Below, in pieces: positions 26,818-36,584 of a stretch of DNA of 64,000 bases (positions are counted from its first letter, which is position 1; every line of letters starts with the position of its first letter). The notes beneath the pieces are model-generated. The model had not been told where the DNA came from. It was given only the letters and a program-made list of their open reading frames with translations, and made no database searches. Location: the IMG/VR virus record IMGVR_UViG_3300031576_000016, positions 1 to 64,000 of that record; one strand, written 5' to 3'. Both the position numbers and the translations under genes were made by a program. The stretch is from a virus.

Positions 26818-29133
26818 GTGAGCAAGCCCATAAAGCCCCCCGAGCCCTCGTCTTACCTGTCCTGGGAAGCCGGCGATGAACGCGGCCGAGCCCTGGCATT
26901 CAGCCAGACCGCTGCCGCGCTGAAGAAGGTCGAGCCCATCATGCGGACCCAGGGCTCCAGCATCTTCCTCAACGTCGCTCCCGGCGGCGTGTCTGTGCGC
27001 GACGGCTTTGACCGTGGCGACTATGAGAGCTTTCGCGGCGGCGAGGCGTTGCCGGGCACTCCCAAAGAATCCATCGCGGCCTGTGAGAACGCCTACCTCA
27101 ACGTCGGTGTTGTTCGCAACATCATCGACCTCATGGCGGACTTTGCCATTCAGGGCATCGACCTGGTCCACCCCAATGAACGTATCGAGCGCTTCTACAA
27201 AGAGTGGTTTCGTCGTGTCGGCGGGCCGGAACGGTCTGAACGATTCGTAAACTATCTCTATCGAGCCGGCAATGTTGTCGTAAAACGACAGACGGCGAAG
27301 CTGACGGCCCGCGATGAAGAACGCATCAAAAAGTCCATCGCAGAGCCAGAGGTAGAAGTCGAGGAGCCGGTCAAGCTCCTGAAGCGCGAGATACCCTGGC
27401 GGTACACTTTCCTCAACCCCTTATCAGTTGAGTTGTTAGCAGAAGAGCTTGCCCCATTTCTCGGCCGCGAAAACTTCGCTTTCGCGATAAAGATTTCGCA
27501 AAACCTTTCGCTAAAGATACGCTCTCCGAAGGGTCCGATTGAACGGGACCTCGTCGCCAAATTGCCAGCAGACATCCTCTCTCTGCTCAAGTCGGGCAAG
27601 CGCCTCATTCCGCTCGACCCGGAGAAGGTACGCGCTTTCTACTACAAGCGCGATGACTGGAAGCCGTGGGCCTTTCCAATGGTCCACTCCATCCTCAGCG
27701 ACCTGAACTGTCTGACGAAGATGAAGCTGGCGGACCTCGCGGCGCTCGACGGGGCCATTAGTTGCATCCGTGTCTGGCGGCTCGGCAACATCGAAGCTCG
27801 CATCATTCCGAATGAAGCCTTGATTCAGCGTCTGGCTGAGATGCTGACGAACAACGTCGGCGGCGGCGTCATGGACCTCATCTGGGGGCCAGACATCGAC
27901 CTGCTCGAAACAAACACCGACGTTCACCACTTTCTCGGCCAGACGAAGTATGAGCCGGTTCTGACAGCCATCTATGCCGGCCTCGGCGTGCCTCCAACGC
28001 TCACAGGCGCGGCCACGCAATCCGGGTTCACCAACAACTTCATCTCGCTTCAGACCATGACGGAGCGGCTCGAATACGGCCGCAGCATCCTTCGCGAGTT
28101 CTGGGAGTATGAGATTCGCCTGGTGCAACGCGCGATGGGTTTCCGGTTCCCGGCGACCCTGGTGTTCGACCGCATGACCCTCTCTGACGAAGCGAGCGAG
28201 AAACAGCTTCTCATCAACCTGGCAGACCGAGACATCATTTCCTGGGAGAGTGTCGTCGAGCGGTTCGGTGAGACTCCAGAGATTGAAGCGGTCCGGCTCC
28301 GTCGCGAAATGCGCAAGCGTGAAGATGGCATGTTGCCCGAGAAGGCCAGCCCGTTCCACGACCCAGAACACGAATTCGGACTCCAGAAGATTTTCTCTCA
28401 GGGCGGCACCGTCACCCCGAGCGAAGTCGGTCTCGAACTCGAAGAGCGAGCGTCTGGCGAGAAGACCGTCATGGAGCAGCAGCAGAAACACGAAAAGGAT
28501 GTGCTTGGCAAGACTCAGGAGCACAACCATGAGGTCCTTGACAAAACCCACAAGCACGAGAAGCAATCGCAAAAGGTGGACCAGGAAACAAGTAAGCAGG
28601 AGATGGACCACGACTTCAAGACGCAGCAGTTGCAATTGAAGCACGGCGTCCACCCAGGCCAGATTGAAAAACACGCTATCAAGCATGGCGTCCCGGGCCA
28701 GGGCCGGCCGAAGAACTCGAACGACAAGACGAAGCGGAAATCGAAGACGGTCAAGCCGCGCACGTCGGCTCAGTTCGTTCAAGAGTTGGCCCACGCGGAG
28801 AACCTGCTGGCTTCGCTCAATGAGATGGTCGCGCCGGTCTACCTTCGCTCGCTTGGCAAGCAGAATCTTCGTCAGTTGACGGACACCGAGGGGAAGGACT
28901 TCGAGGAGTTCAAGTTCGCCCTCCTGTGTCAGTTCCAGCTGGGAGAAGAGATTACGCAGGAGAAGGTGAAGGCAGCTGTGTCAAGCGACCTCTTCCTTCC
29001 TGCTCACGTACAGCAACTCTATCGTACAACGCTTTCGACGTATGTCCAGAAGAACGACCGCGACCCGCCTGTGGAGGTTTTGCGTCGGTTCCAGGCTTCC
29101 GTCTTCGCCCTTTACCGTGGTGAGTACGAGTAG
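26818..29133 (+). CDS. Portal protein
   Basis: Follows terL; YxxVGVVRNIIDxMADF, IYAGLGVPxxL and portal-like C-core; long C-terminal tail. Confidence 0.85.
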   Translation: MSKPIKPPEPSSYLSWEAGDERGRALAFSQTAAALKKVEPIMRTQGSSIFLNVAPGGVSVRDGFDRGDYESFRGGEALPGTPKESIAACENAYLNVGVVRNIIDLMADFAIQGIDLVHPNERIERFYKEWFRRVGGPERSERFVNYLYRAGNVVVKRQTAKLTARDEERIKKSIAEPEVEVEEPVKLLKREIPWRYTFLNPLSVELLAEELAPFLGRENFAFAIKISQNLSLKIRSPKGPIERDLVAKLPADILSLLKSGKRLIPLDPEKVRAFYYKRDDWKPWAFPMVHSILSDLNCLTKMKLADLAALDGAISCIRVWRLGNIEARIIPNEALIQRLAEMLTNNVGGGVMDLIWGPDIDLLETNTDVHHFLGQTKYEPVLTAIYAGLGVPPTLTGAATQSGFTNNFISLQTMTERLEYGRSILREFWEYEIRLVQRAMGFRFPATLVFDRMTLSDEASEKQLLINLADRDIISWESVVERFGETPEIEAVRLRREMRKREDGMLPEKASPFHDPEHEFGLQKIFSQGGTVTPSEVGLELEERASGEKTVMEQQQKHEKDVLGKTQEHNHEVLDKTHKHEKQSQKVDQETSKQEMDHDFKTQQLQLKHGVHPGQIEKHAIKHGVPGQGRPKNSNDKTKRKSKTVKPRTSAQFVQELAHAENLLASLNEMVAPVYLRSLGKQNLRQLTDTEGKDFEEFKFALLCQFQLGEEITQEKVKAAVSSDLFLPAHVQQLYRTTLSTYVQKNDRDPPVEVLRRFQASVFALYRGEYE

Positions 29134-29135
29134 GG

Positions 29136-29298
29136 GTGTATGTAACGAATGGCGATGGACCTTATGGCAGCAAGGGTTCCGCTCTCTTTGAGAGGTCAGT
29201 ACCTTCTACTCCTGGTCCGGTAGTAACGGTGCGTGTCGAAACTCCGCGAGGAGAAGGCCAAAACCAGGCATCGCCTTCATTCAAAGTAGGAAACACCA
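29136..29298 (+). promoter_or_regulatory. GTGTA motif plus structured 5' leader of the protease/scaffold gene
   Basis: GTGTA at 29136; several complementary segments including a GNRA-capped hairpin. Confidence 0.4.
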
Positions 29299-30912
29299 AT
29301 GTACCAGATTCCAATTTTCAAAGCTGAGCGGGACGCCGGCCTGGTTGAAAAGATTCGGGCGTCCGCCAGCGTTGCGTTTGCCTCGGCGTTGACCCTGAGC
29401 GACAAGGTCCTCATGGGCAAGAACTACGAGGACAAACTGCGCAAGTTTGCTCTCGGCTTCGCCGGCTCGAAGTCCAAGGCGTCCATCGAAGACTTTGACC
29501 TCCACTACCTGAAGACCATTCTGGTTTCGACAGGCTGGAACAAGAATGACGATGTGTTCGAGAGGTTCGAGACCTGGGCAGCGCGGCGCACACCGGAAGA
29601 CAAACCGGTCAACTACGAACACAACTGTTCCGACATCATCGGCCACATGATTGGCTGCTATGTCATTGGTGAAAATTCTGAGTTGGTCACGGACGAGTCC
29701 GTGGTTGATGACCTGCCATCGAAGTTCCACATTGTCGTTGGCGCGGTCCTCTACAAGTATTGGGACAAGCCGGACCTTCAAGAACGTATGGACAACGTCC
29801 TGCGCGAAATCGCTCAGGGCGGCTGGTTCGTGTCGATGGAAGCTCTATTCAAGGGCTTCGACTATGCGGTTGTTGCCAATGACGGCACAGCGCGCATCAT
29901 CGCTCGCAATGAGGAGACAGCCTTCCTCACAAAACATCTGCGGGCATATGGCGGCACTGGTGCTTATGAGGACATGAAGGTGGGGCGCTTGCTCCGCAAC
30001 ATCGTGTTTTCTGGCAAGGGATTGGTTCGCAAGCCTGCCAACCCAGACAGTGTCATCCTTACTCAGGCCAACGATTTTCGAGGAACCTTGGGCAAACTGT
30101 CTGAATTTTTGCGCGCAAAGCTAGAATCGGGGTATTCAGAAGTAGCCTCACTGTCCTCGGATGTGACTCCAAAGGAGCGAAGAGATAACATGGCAACCGA
30201 AAACGAAACACTGCAAAAGCAGCTTGCGGCTCTTCAAGCCGATAACGAAAAGCTTCAGAAGCAACTGGCTGATACCAACAGCAAGCAGTTGGAAGCTCAG
30301 GTCAAGGCTGCTGAAGACGCGAAGGCGAAGTCCGACGAAGCTCTCAAGACAGCGAATGAAAAGATTGTCGCTCTTGAGAAGAATGCCGCGACCATCGCCG
30401 ACGAAGTCAAGGCTCTCAAGGCAACCATCGAGAAGAGTGAAACGGCGCACAAGGCTGTGTCCGACGAACTCAACACCATCAAGGAAAAGGTCAAGACGGC
30501 TGCTCGCATTGCAGCGGTCAAGACTGCGCTGAAGGTCAATGAGAGTGACGCCGAAGCGGTCAAGGCCGCTGAAGAACTGGCGACCACGCTCACGAATCTC
30601 AGTGACGAGGGCTTCGCTGCCCACTTGAAGGCCATCTCGAAGTTCACGCCCGCGCAGCTGCCTCCGAAGGGCACGCCGGCCAAGGACCCGCCGAAGGCGA
30701 CCAACAAGCCGGCTCCGATGAGCGGCAAGGGGTCTGAAACTGAAGACCCGGCTGAAGGCGCTGCCGACTCGAAGACTCTCGACGACGCGGAGCCAGACGC
30801 AGAGGCTGCTCTGGCAACTTCTGAAGCCGCCGGAGCCCAAGTCCAAGCGGTGCGTAAAAGCATCGCGAGCTACTTCGGCTGCGAACCGGACGAAGAGAAC
30901 GCCGAAGAGTAA
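29299..30912 (+). CDS. Prohead protease / scaffold fusion
   Basis: NKNDDxF, KPxNxEH, IIGH, VSME, GxGxVxxPAN protease motifs followed by an Ala/Lys/Glu coiled coil. Confidence 0.85.
   Translation: MYQIPIFKAERDAGLVEKIRASASVAFASALTLSDKVLMGKNYEDKLRKFALGFAGSKSKASIEDFDLHYLKTILVSTGWNKNDDVFERFETWAARRTPEDKPVNYEHNCSDIIGHMIGCYVIGENSELVTDESVVDDLPSKFHIVVGAVLYKYWDKPDLQERMDNVLREIAQGGWFVSMEALFKGFDYAVVANDGTARIIARNEETAFLTKHLRAYGGTGAYEDMKVGRLLRNIVFSGKGLVRKPANPDSVILTQANDFRGTLGKLSEFLRAKLESGYSEVASLSSDVTPKERRDNMATENETLQKQLAALQADNEKLQKQLADTNSKQLEAQVKAAEDAKAKSDEALKTANEKIVALEKNAATIADEVKALKATIEKSETAHKAVSDELNTIKEKVKTAARIAAVKTALKVNESDAEAVKAAEELATTLTNLSDEGFAAHLKAISKFTPAQLPPKGTPAKDPPKATNKPAPMSGKGSETEDPAEGAADSKTLDDAEPDAEAALATSEAAGAQVQAVRKSIASYFGCEPDEENAEE
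30190..30912 (+). CDS. Nested in-frame scaffold protein
   Basis: Internal AAGGAG (30172-77) and in-frame ATG exactly at the start of the coiled coil. Confidence 0.55.
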   Translation: MATENETLQKQLAALQADNEKLQKQLADTNSKQLEAQVKAAEDAKAKSDEALKTANEKIVALEKNAATIADEVKALKATIEKSETAHKAVSDELNTIKEKVKTAARIAAVKTALKVNESDAEAVKAAEELATTLTNLSDEGFAAHLKAISKFTPAQLPPKGTPAKDPPKATNKPAPMSGKGSETEDPAEGAADSKTLDDAEPDAEAALATSEAAGAQVQAVRKSIASYFGCEPDEENAEE

Positions 30913-30948
30913 TCCCAAGACAGAAACCTACAAAGGAGACTTCGTCCC

Positions 30949-31416
30949 ATGCTGAAACCTGACCGAGTAATTCTCGAAACTGACATCACTCTGACCTGTG
31001 AATCCGTCGCAGAGCGCGGCGTCGTCCTATGCCACAAGACCAGCGGTTCTGGTGCGGCGATGGGCGACCATGCAGGCCAGTCCGACTTGTATGCGAACCC
31101 TTCTGGAAAGAAGGTCGCGGGTCTGCTGATGTGCGACGTGGTCAACGTTGACCTCACGCGCTATCACCTGAACTTCCACAAGGACGAAGTCCCTGTTGGA
31201 AACCGCGTGTGGTTGCTCCGCAAGGGCACTGTCGTGACCGACAAGGTCACCGGCTCGCCGACTGCTGGCGCGACTGCGTACTTGACTGCCAACGGCGTTC
31301 TGACTCCGACTGTGTCCGCGACTGGCGGCGTTGTTGCAACACCAAAGGTCGGCGAGTTTGCCGGCGGTCTGGATGAGAACGGCTTCGTTCGAGTTCACAT
31401 CAACCTACCGGCCTAA
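30949..31416 (+). CDS. Head decoration / cement protein
   Basis: Lies between scaffold and capsid genes; beta-rich, Gly-rich, 155 aa. Confidence 0.7.
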   Translation: MLKPDRVILETDITLTCESVAERGVVLCHKTSGSGAAMGDHAGQSDLYANPSGKKVAGLLMCDVVNVDLTRYHLNFHKDEVPVGNRVWLLRKGTVVTDKVTGSPTAGATAYLTANGVLTPTVSATGGVVATPKVGEFAGGLDENGFVRVHINLPA

Positions 31417-31449
31417 CCCACGGACAGAAACCATAGGAGTATGACACAA

Positions 31450-32475
31450 ATGGCAACCAAGCGCCTCAAAAAGCCGACCCCTGAAATGAACGCACTTCTG
31501 GTGCGTGCAGGGTCCAATGACTACGAAGTCGCTCGCGCGGCTCAACGTGAGCTTGCGAAGGCACTCTCGCTTCCCCTGAAGCAAGGTGTCATGAAGGGCG
31601 ACATCATCGCGGGCATCTTCGAGCCCATCCGATTTCAACCGGGTGCCGCAACGGAATTCCCTCTCGACTTCCTCAGCCCAGGAACTGAGAAGGACTTCGT
31701 GGCCTACACGATTCCGAGTGTTGGCCGCATTCCCGAACGTCACATCGAAGGCGATTACGTCATGGTTCCGACCTATGACGTTGGCTCCTCGATTGACTGG
31801 CACCTGAAGTACGCGCGTGACGCACGCTGGGACATCATCGGCCGAGCCATGCTCGTCCTTGAGTCCGGCTTCGTCCGCAAGGCCAACAACGACGGCTGGC
31901 ACACGCTGCTTGCAGCGGGCGTCGGTCGCAACTTGGTCTCCTACGACGACAAGTCCACTGCTGGCCTCTTCACGAAGCGCCTCGTCGCCATCATGAAGAC
32001 CGTCATGCGGCGCAATGCGGGCGGCAACAGTACCTCCCTCAACCAGGGCAAGCTGACCGACCTGTACATCAGCCCGGAAGGTCTCGAAGACATCCGGTCC
32101 TGGGACTTGAGCCAGATTGACGAGTTCACTCGTCGCGAAATCTTCCTCGCTGGCGGAAGCGGTCCTGACGGCGTGGCCGCGCTGTCCAAGATTTTCGGCG
32201 TCGTGCTTCACGACATCGACGAGCTTGGCGTGGGCCAGGAATACCAGGGCTACTACGAAGACACCCTCGGCGGCACGTTCCCGGACGACAAAGTGGAACT
32301 CGTCGTTGGTCTCGACATGCAGAATCGCGACTCCTTCGTGATGCCGATTCGCGCTGAAGTCGAAATCTTCGAGGACCCGACCTTCCACCGTCAACGTCGG
32401 GCTGGCGTCTATGGCTTCGGCGAGCACGGCTTTGCCGTTCTCGACAGCCGACGCATCCTCCTGGGCGCATTCTAA
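31450..32475 (+). CDS. Major capsid protein (HK97 fold)
   Basis: Position, size, strong codon bias and following terminator; start chosen by RBS spacing (31441 is the alternative). Confidence 0.85.
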   Translation: MATKRLKKPTPEMNALLVRAGSNDYEVARAAQRELAKALSLPLKQGVMKGDIIAGIFEPIRFQPGAATEFPLDFLSPGTEKDFVAYTIPSVGRIPERHIEGDYVMVPTYDVGSSIDWHLKYARDARWDIIGRAMLVLESGFVRKANNDGWHTLLAAGVGRNLVSYDDKSTAGLFTKRLVAIMKTVMRRNAGGNSTSLNQGKLTDLYISPEGLEDIRSWDLSQIDEFTRREIFLAGGSGPDGVAALSKIFGVVLHDIDELGVGQEYQGYYEDTLGGTFPDDKVELVVGLDMQNRDSFVMPIRAEVEIFEDPTFHRQRRAGVYGFGEHGFAVLDSRRILLGAF

Positions 32476-32513
32476 GCGTTCCCATCTACCTCCTGTGATG
32501 GGTGCAGGGTTCG

Positions 32514-32547
32514 AGGGGCGGTCCTGATGGACCGCCCCTTTTCTTTT
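32514..32547 (+). terminator. Rho-independent terminator after the capsid gene
   Basis: AGGGGCGGTCC-TGAT-GGACCGCCCCT followed by TTTCTTTT. Confidence 0.9.
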
Positions 32548-32548
32548 C

Positions 32549-32553
32549 GTGTA
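32549..32553 (+). promoter_or_regulatory. GTGTA putative late promoter core
   Basis: Directly after the terminator and before the neck genes. Confidence 0.5.
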
Positions 32554-32576
32554 TCTTCCTTGGGAGGACACTCTGC

Positions 32577-33095
32577 ATGGCACTACCAACTGAACTCACC
32601 GACATACTTCGCGTCTTGGTCAATGACGCTGATTCGACTTCTTACACGGACGCAATTCTGGAAAAGACGCTCGCTGTAGCGGCTCGCCAGGTCACCGTCG
32701 AGATGGACTTCACTCAAGACTTCAAGATTACCATCGGCACGACGCCGGCTATCGCGCCGGACCCAACAGACGATGCTGGTGGAACACGCGACGACTCATT
32801 CATCAACCTCGCGACTCTCAAGGCGGCTTGCATCATGGACCAGGGGGCCGCGCTCCTGGCTGCGAAGCAAGCCATCGCGGTCGGCGACGGCTCATCGAAG
32901 ATTGACTTGCGCGAACGCGCAGCGTGGTTGCTCAAGCTGCTGGAAAAAGGCTGGTGTGCAGCCTTCGAGAACGCCAAGCTCGAATATAAGTCCGGGCAGG
33001 TACAGGTTGCTGGAGCGGCCGTCATGACCCCGTTCCGCCTTTACGCGGCTGGCATGTTCGGCGGACGCGATGTCCGCAGCGTCATGAACTACTAA
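32577..33095 (+). CDS. Head-tail connector (adaptor)
   Basis: LRxLxND...YTDxxL pattern; first gene after the capsid gene; GGAGG RBS. Confidence 0.7.
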   Translation: MALPTELTDILRVLVNDADSTSYTDAILEKTLAVAARQVTVEMDFTQDFKITIGTTPAIAPDPTDDAGGTRDDSFINLATLKAACIMDQGAALLAAKQAIAVGDGSSKIDLRERAAWLLKLLEKGWCAAFENAKLEYKSGQVQVAGAAVMTPFRLYAAGMFGGRDVRSVMNY

Positions 33096-33104
33096 GGAGA
33101 AACT

Positions 33105-33299
33105 ATGGCAGTCCTAATCCGCCTTCGCACTGATGAAGACGTGGTCAACGGTCTGGTGACCGTGCGGCCGCGCGACAACGGAGCCCGCGACGAATATACG
33201 CCGGCTGGGGCTCAAAGCATTCCCTCGGGTGAAGACCCGGGGCACTGGTCCGTCCTGGACGGCCGCTACATCACTGACCCAACAGGATGGAATGGCTAA
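33105..33299 (+). CDS. Small hypothetical (virion?) protein
   Basis: AAGGAG RBS. Confidence 0.7.
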   Translation: MAVLIRLRTDEDVVNGLVTVRPRDNGARDEYTPAGAQSIPSGEDPGHWSVLDGRYITDPTGWNG

Positions 33300-33823
33300 T
33301 GGGAAAAATCTTCACGCTCGATGCCGATGTCAAGAACATCATTCGCGATGCCATCGACGACCTCATTCTCGAACTCGGCAAGGATTGTCTTTTGGTCTAT
33401 CCGCCGAAGATGACTTTGTGCGTCAACTGCGTGAGCGACCCCATCGGACACAAGCCATCCAATCGTTGGAAAAATGGTGGGCCCATGCGCTTTCCTCTGG
33501 GCTCGCTCTGTCCACTTTGCAATGGCGAAGGCAGACGGGCCGAAGAAGTGACCGAGACACTGCGCTTTCTCTGCGAATGGGACCCAAAGAAGTTTCTCAA
33601 GCCGGTTCAAGGCGTGGACCTACGGGTGCCCTACGGCATGTGTCAGACCAAGGGCTACCTTACGGACTTGCCGAAGGTGCTTCGCTGCGACCACATGATT
33701 CTTCAGAACAACATCAGCGGCGTCCTGCGACTGAAGTACAAATTGGCTGGCGAGCCTGGCGACTACTCGAACATCATCCAGGGTCGCTATTTTGTGGCCA
33801 CGTGGGAACGCACCAACCAATGA
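33299..33823 (+). CDS. Head closure / stopper protein with zinc finger
   Basis: CxxC...CPxCxGxG insert; position in the neck module; TAATG overlap. Confidence 0.6.
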   Translation: MGKIFTLDADVKNIIRDAIDDLILELGKDCLLVYPPKMTLCVNCVSDPIGHKPSNRWKNGGPMRFPLGSLCPLCNGEGRRAEEVTETLRFLCEWDPKKFLKPVQGVDLRVPYGMCQTKGYLTDLPKVLRCDHMILQNNISGVLRLKYKLAGEPGDYSNIIQGRYFVATWERTNQ

Positions 33824-34518
33824 TAGACATCACGCTGGACATCGACCCTGTTCTCGTTGAGCAGGAGATAGCACAGGCCCTGGTCAGGAAGTTCTCTGGC
33901 ATTCTCAGTTCGATGATTGGGCCGGTTCGGGCTCGTGTGGCGGAAGCAATCGAGACGCTCATCAAGCAGTCGCCGGAGTATGTCTCTTTGACTGAGTCGC
34001 GCGGCCAACTGCGTGGTGAACTTGGTCTCATTGGCGGCGGTCCCAGGCCGACAATTGACCCAGAGTCGTTCATCAACCTGCTCATCAACACAATTCAAAA
34101 CAATGTCGAAGTTGAACTGGAGCCATTTATCCGGACCGGTTCCACTTTCGTTGGTGGGCTCGTGGTCCGCGTGCTACGCTCGCAATTCGACGACCTGGTC
34201 GCGTTGAGCGGCGCTGTCTACGTCTCTCCCGAGCGCGGCTACAGCATCCCTTGGCTGAATTGGCTTTTGCTTGGAGGTCCCGGGGACCTCATCACAACCC
34301 ATTGGTACATGCACACCGGAGAAACCGAACATAGGTCTCGTACCGGCATGGGCGTCATGGTTCCGGTAGGCGGCGGGCATTCCGGCTGGGGACTTGGGCC
34401 CAACGGCGGCACCCCTGACAACAACTGGTTGACTCGCTCGCTCGCGCCGCTCGTCAATGGGCAGCCGAAAGGCGTCATCCATGTGATTCTCGAAGAAGAG
34501 CTACTCAGGAGGACATAA
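33820..34518 (+). CDS. Neck / tail completion protein
   Basis: Start re-set to MIDITLD (ATGA overlap); position; IPWLxWLL and SRTG motifs. Confidence 0.55.
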   Translation: MIDITLDIDPVLVEQEIAQALVRKFSGILSSMIGPVRARVAEAIETLIKQSPEYVSLTESRGQLRGELGLIGGGPRPTIDPESFINLLINTIQNNVEVELEPFIRTGSTFVGGLVVRVLRSQFDDLVALSGAVYVSPERGYSIPWLNWLLLGGPGDLITTHWYMHTGETEHRSRTGMGVMVPVGGGHSGWGLGPNGGTPDNNWLTRSLAPLVNGQPKGVIHVILEEELLRRT

Positions 34519-35483
34519 TGTCTGACTATACGAAACTGAAGGGCATCCAGCACATCGGCGATGTCCTTTTGAGCAAGACCCTCGAAACCAACATCATCAC
34601 CTATTTCAATTGGGGCCTCCTGGAAGTCGGCGGCTTTTTCAATGTGTCCATTCCGTCGCCCGGCGTCTATGGCGGCGACCAGCACAAGCTTCGCCTGGTG
34701 AGTGAGGACCCATACTACAGCACTGGTCAGGTTTGGGAGGGGTTCCGAAGTGATTGGGTGTGGGAGACCGGCGTCGAATACGACTACCAACCAATCCGCG
34801 TCAGCGGCGTGAATGTCGATGGCACGTTCTACCCGACAGCGACCACGACGGGCACCTATGCTCACAAAATCAACTACCCACTTGGGCGTGTGACATTTGA
34901 CAATGCCATTCCGCCCACCAGTGTTGTGACATGCGAACATAGCTACCGCTATGTCCATTTCACCCACGGCGGTGTGCCTTGGTGGAGGCAGATACAGACC
35001 AACTCCATGCGTGGGGACGACGTTCATTTCCTTCAGCAGGGAAGCGGAGCATGGTCCATCCTAGCTCAAAATCGTATTCAGCTGCCGGCTGTCATTGTGG
35101 AAGCCACGCCACGGACATCGCGCCGGCCATATGAAATCGGCAGCACGCGAGCCTGGGTTCGTCAGGATGTGCTGTTCCATGTCTTGGCTGACAATCCGGA
35201 CGACGTGAAGTTTCTGCACGACGCCATCACCTACCAGTGGCAAAAGCAGTTCTTTCTATTCGACCTGAATCGCATGTTCCAAGACGAGAAATTCCCATTG
35301 GACGCAGGCGGGTCGCCAGTGACCGGCGCAATGATGTATCCGCAATTGGTCGCCCCTACAGGCGAAGGCGGCTACCGCTGGAACATTGTCAGCACGGCCA
35401 ACATGCAGTCTACAGACGCGAGTATGCCCGGGTCCATATGGGCGACCACAATTCGTGGCACATTTGAACTGGATTTACCGTAA
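34518..35483 (+). CDS. Tail terminator-like protein
   Basis: LPAVIVE...RRPYEIG pattern; precedes the tail tube gene. Confidence 0.55.
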   Translation: MSDYTKLKGIQHIGDVLLSKTLETNIITYFNWGLLEVGGFFNVSIPSPGVYGGDQHKLRLVSEDPYYSTGQVWEGFRSDWVWETGVEYDYQPIRVSGVNVDGTFYPTATTTGTYAHKINYPLGRVTFDNAIPPTSVVTCEHSYRYVHFTHGGVPWWRQIQTNSMRGDDVHFLQQGSGAWSILAQNRIQLPAVIVEATPRTSRRPYEIGSTRAWVRQDVLFHVLADNPDDVKFLHDAITYQWQKQFFLFDLNRMFQDEKFPLDAGGSPVTGAMMYPQLVAPTGEGGYRWNIVSTANMQSTDASMPGSIWATTIRGTFELDLP

Positions 35484-35486
35484 GCG

Positions 35487-35491
35487 GTGTA
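35487..35491 (+). promoter_or_regulatory. GTGTA putative late promoter core
   Basis: GTGTA-N9-GGG upstream of the tail tube gene. Confidence 0.5.
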
Positions 35492-35547
35492 AATCTTAGT
35501 GGGCAACGAACGGATAGTCTAACAACCCCACAGGGAGCACAACGAAC

Positions 35548-36573
35548 ATGGCAAATAAGCGCATCTTCTATGCCGTGCAGCAAGCCGCCTTTACCAAGTG
35601 CGGCATCGAGGCGTATTCTTCGCCCGACGACAAGGCTGTTCACGGCCTTCAGAGCCTCGGCATCAACACCAAGTTCAACCTTGAACAGGTGTTCGAGATT
35701 GGTCAGATTTCCATCTACCAAAACATCGAGAACATTCCGGACGTGGAAATCACGATGGAAAAGGTTCTCGACGGCTACCCGCTGATTTACCACCTTGCCA
35801 CGCACGGTGCGACGGTCCCGAGTCTCTCGGGTCGCGCAAACGTCAAGGCAACGGTTGGTCTGTCGATTTTCAACGACACGCAGGACTCCGCGTCCGGCAC
35901 CACGATTGCTCAATGCCAGATGTCTGGTGTGTACGTGAGTTCGCTCGCCTACAACATCCAGGTCCAGGGCAACGCGACTGAGCAAGTCACCATCGTGGGC
36001 AACAACAAGGTGTGGAACAACGCCTTCACCACGACTTCCTTCGACAACGATGACGCGCCGCTCGCGACCGAAGGCGTCAACCGTCGTCAGCACATCAAGT
36101 TCGGTGCGTCTGACCCGGCCGGCCCGGTCAACAGTCACTTGCCGCAGGACATCCCGGGCATCACAAGCTCCGGCACGAACGAACTGACCAACGGCGAGTT
36201 CGGTGCTCACGTTCAGAGCATCAAGGTTTCCGCAAACCTTGGCCGCGAACAACTGTTCGAGCTTGGCCGCAAGGGTCCGTTCCACCGCTACGTCAACTTC
36301 CCGGTCGAAGTTCGTTGCGACATCGAAGTCCTCAGCACGGCCGGCGACCAGGTCAGCGCTCTCGAAGAAGCGAGCAACCTGACTGACCGCAAGATTTTCA
36401 TCTGGATGACCGAAGGCACGAAGCTCGACCTCGGCACCAAGTCCAAGTTGGCCTCGGTCAACTACGGTGGTGCGAATGCTGGTCAGAACGGCGGCAACGC
36501 CACTGTGACCTACAGCTATGTGACCTTCAACGACCTTACTGTCACGCATCCCGAAGACCCGAGCGCGTTGTAA
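35548..36573 (+). CDS. Major tail (tube) protein
   Basis: Beta-rich with an internal duplication (GLQS...EQVFEIG / HVQS...EQLFELG), strong codon bias, followed by a terminator. Confidence 0.75.
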   Translation: MANKRIFYAVQQAAFTKCGIEAYSSPDDKAVHGLQSLGINTKFNLEQVFEIGQISIYQNIENIPDVEITMEKVLDGYPLIYHLATHGATVPSLSGRANVKATVGLSIFNDTQDSASGTTIAQCQMSGVYVSSLAYNIQVQGNATEQVTIVGNNKVWNNAFTTTSFDNDDAPLATEGVNRRQHIKFGASDPAGPVNSHLPQDIPGITSSGTNELTNGEFGAHVQSIKVSANLGREQLFELGRKGPFHRYVNFPVEVRCDIEVLSTAGDQVSALEEASNLTDRKIFIWMTEGTKLDLGTKSKLASVNYGGANAGQNGGNATVTYSYVTFNDLTVTHPEDPSAL

Positions 36574-36584
36574 CCAAACGCTCC

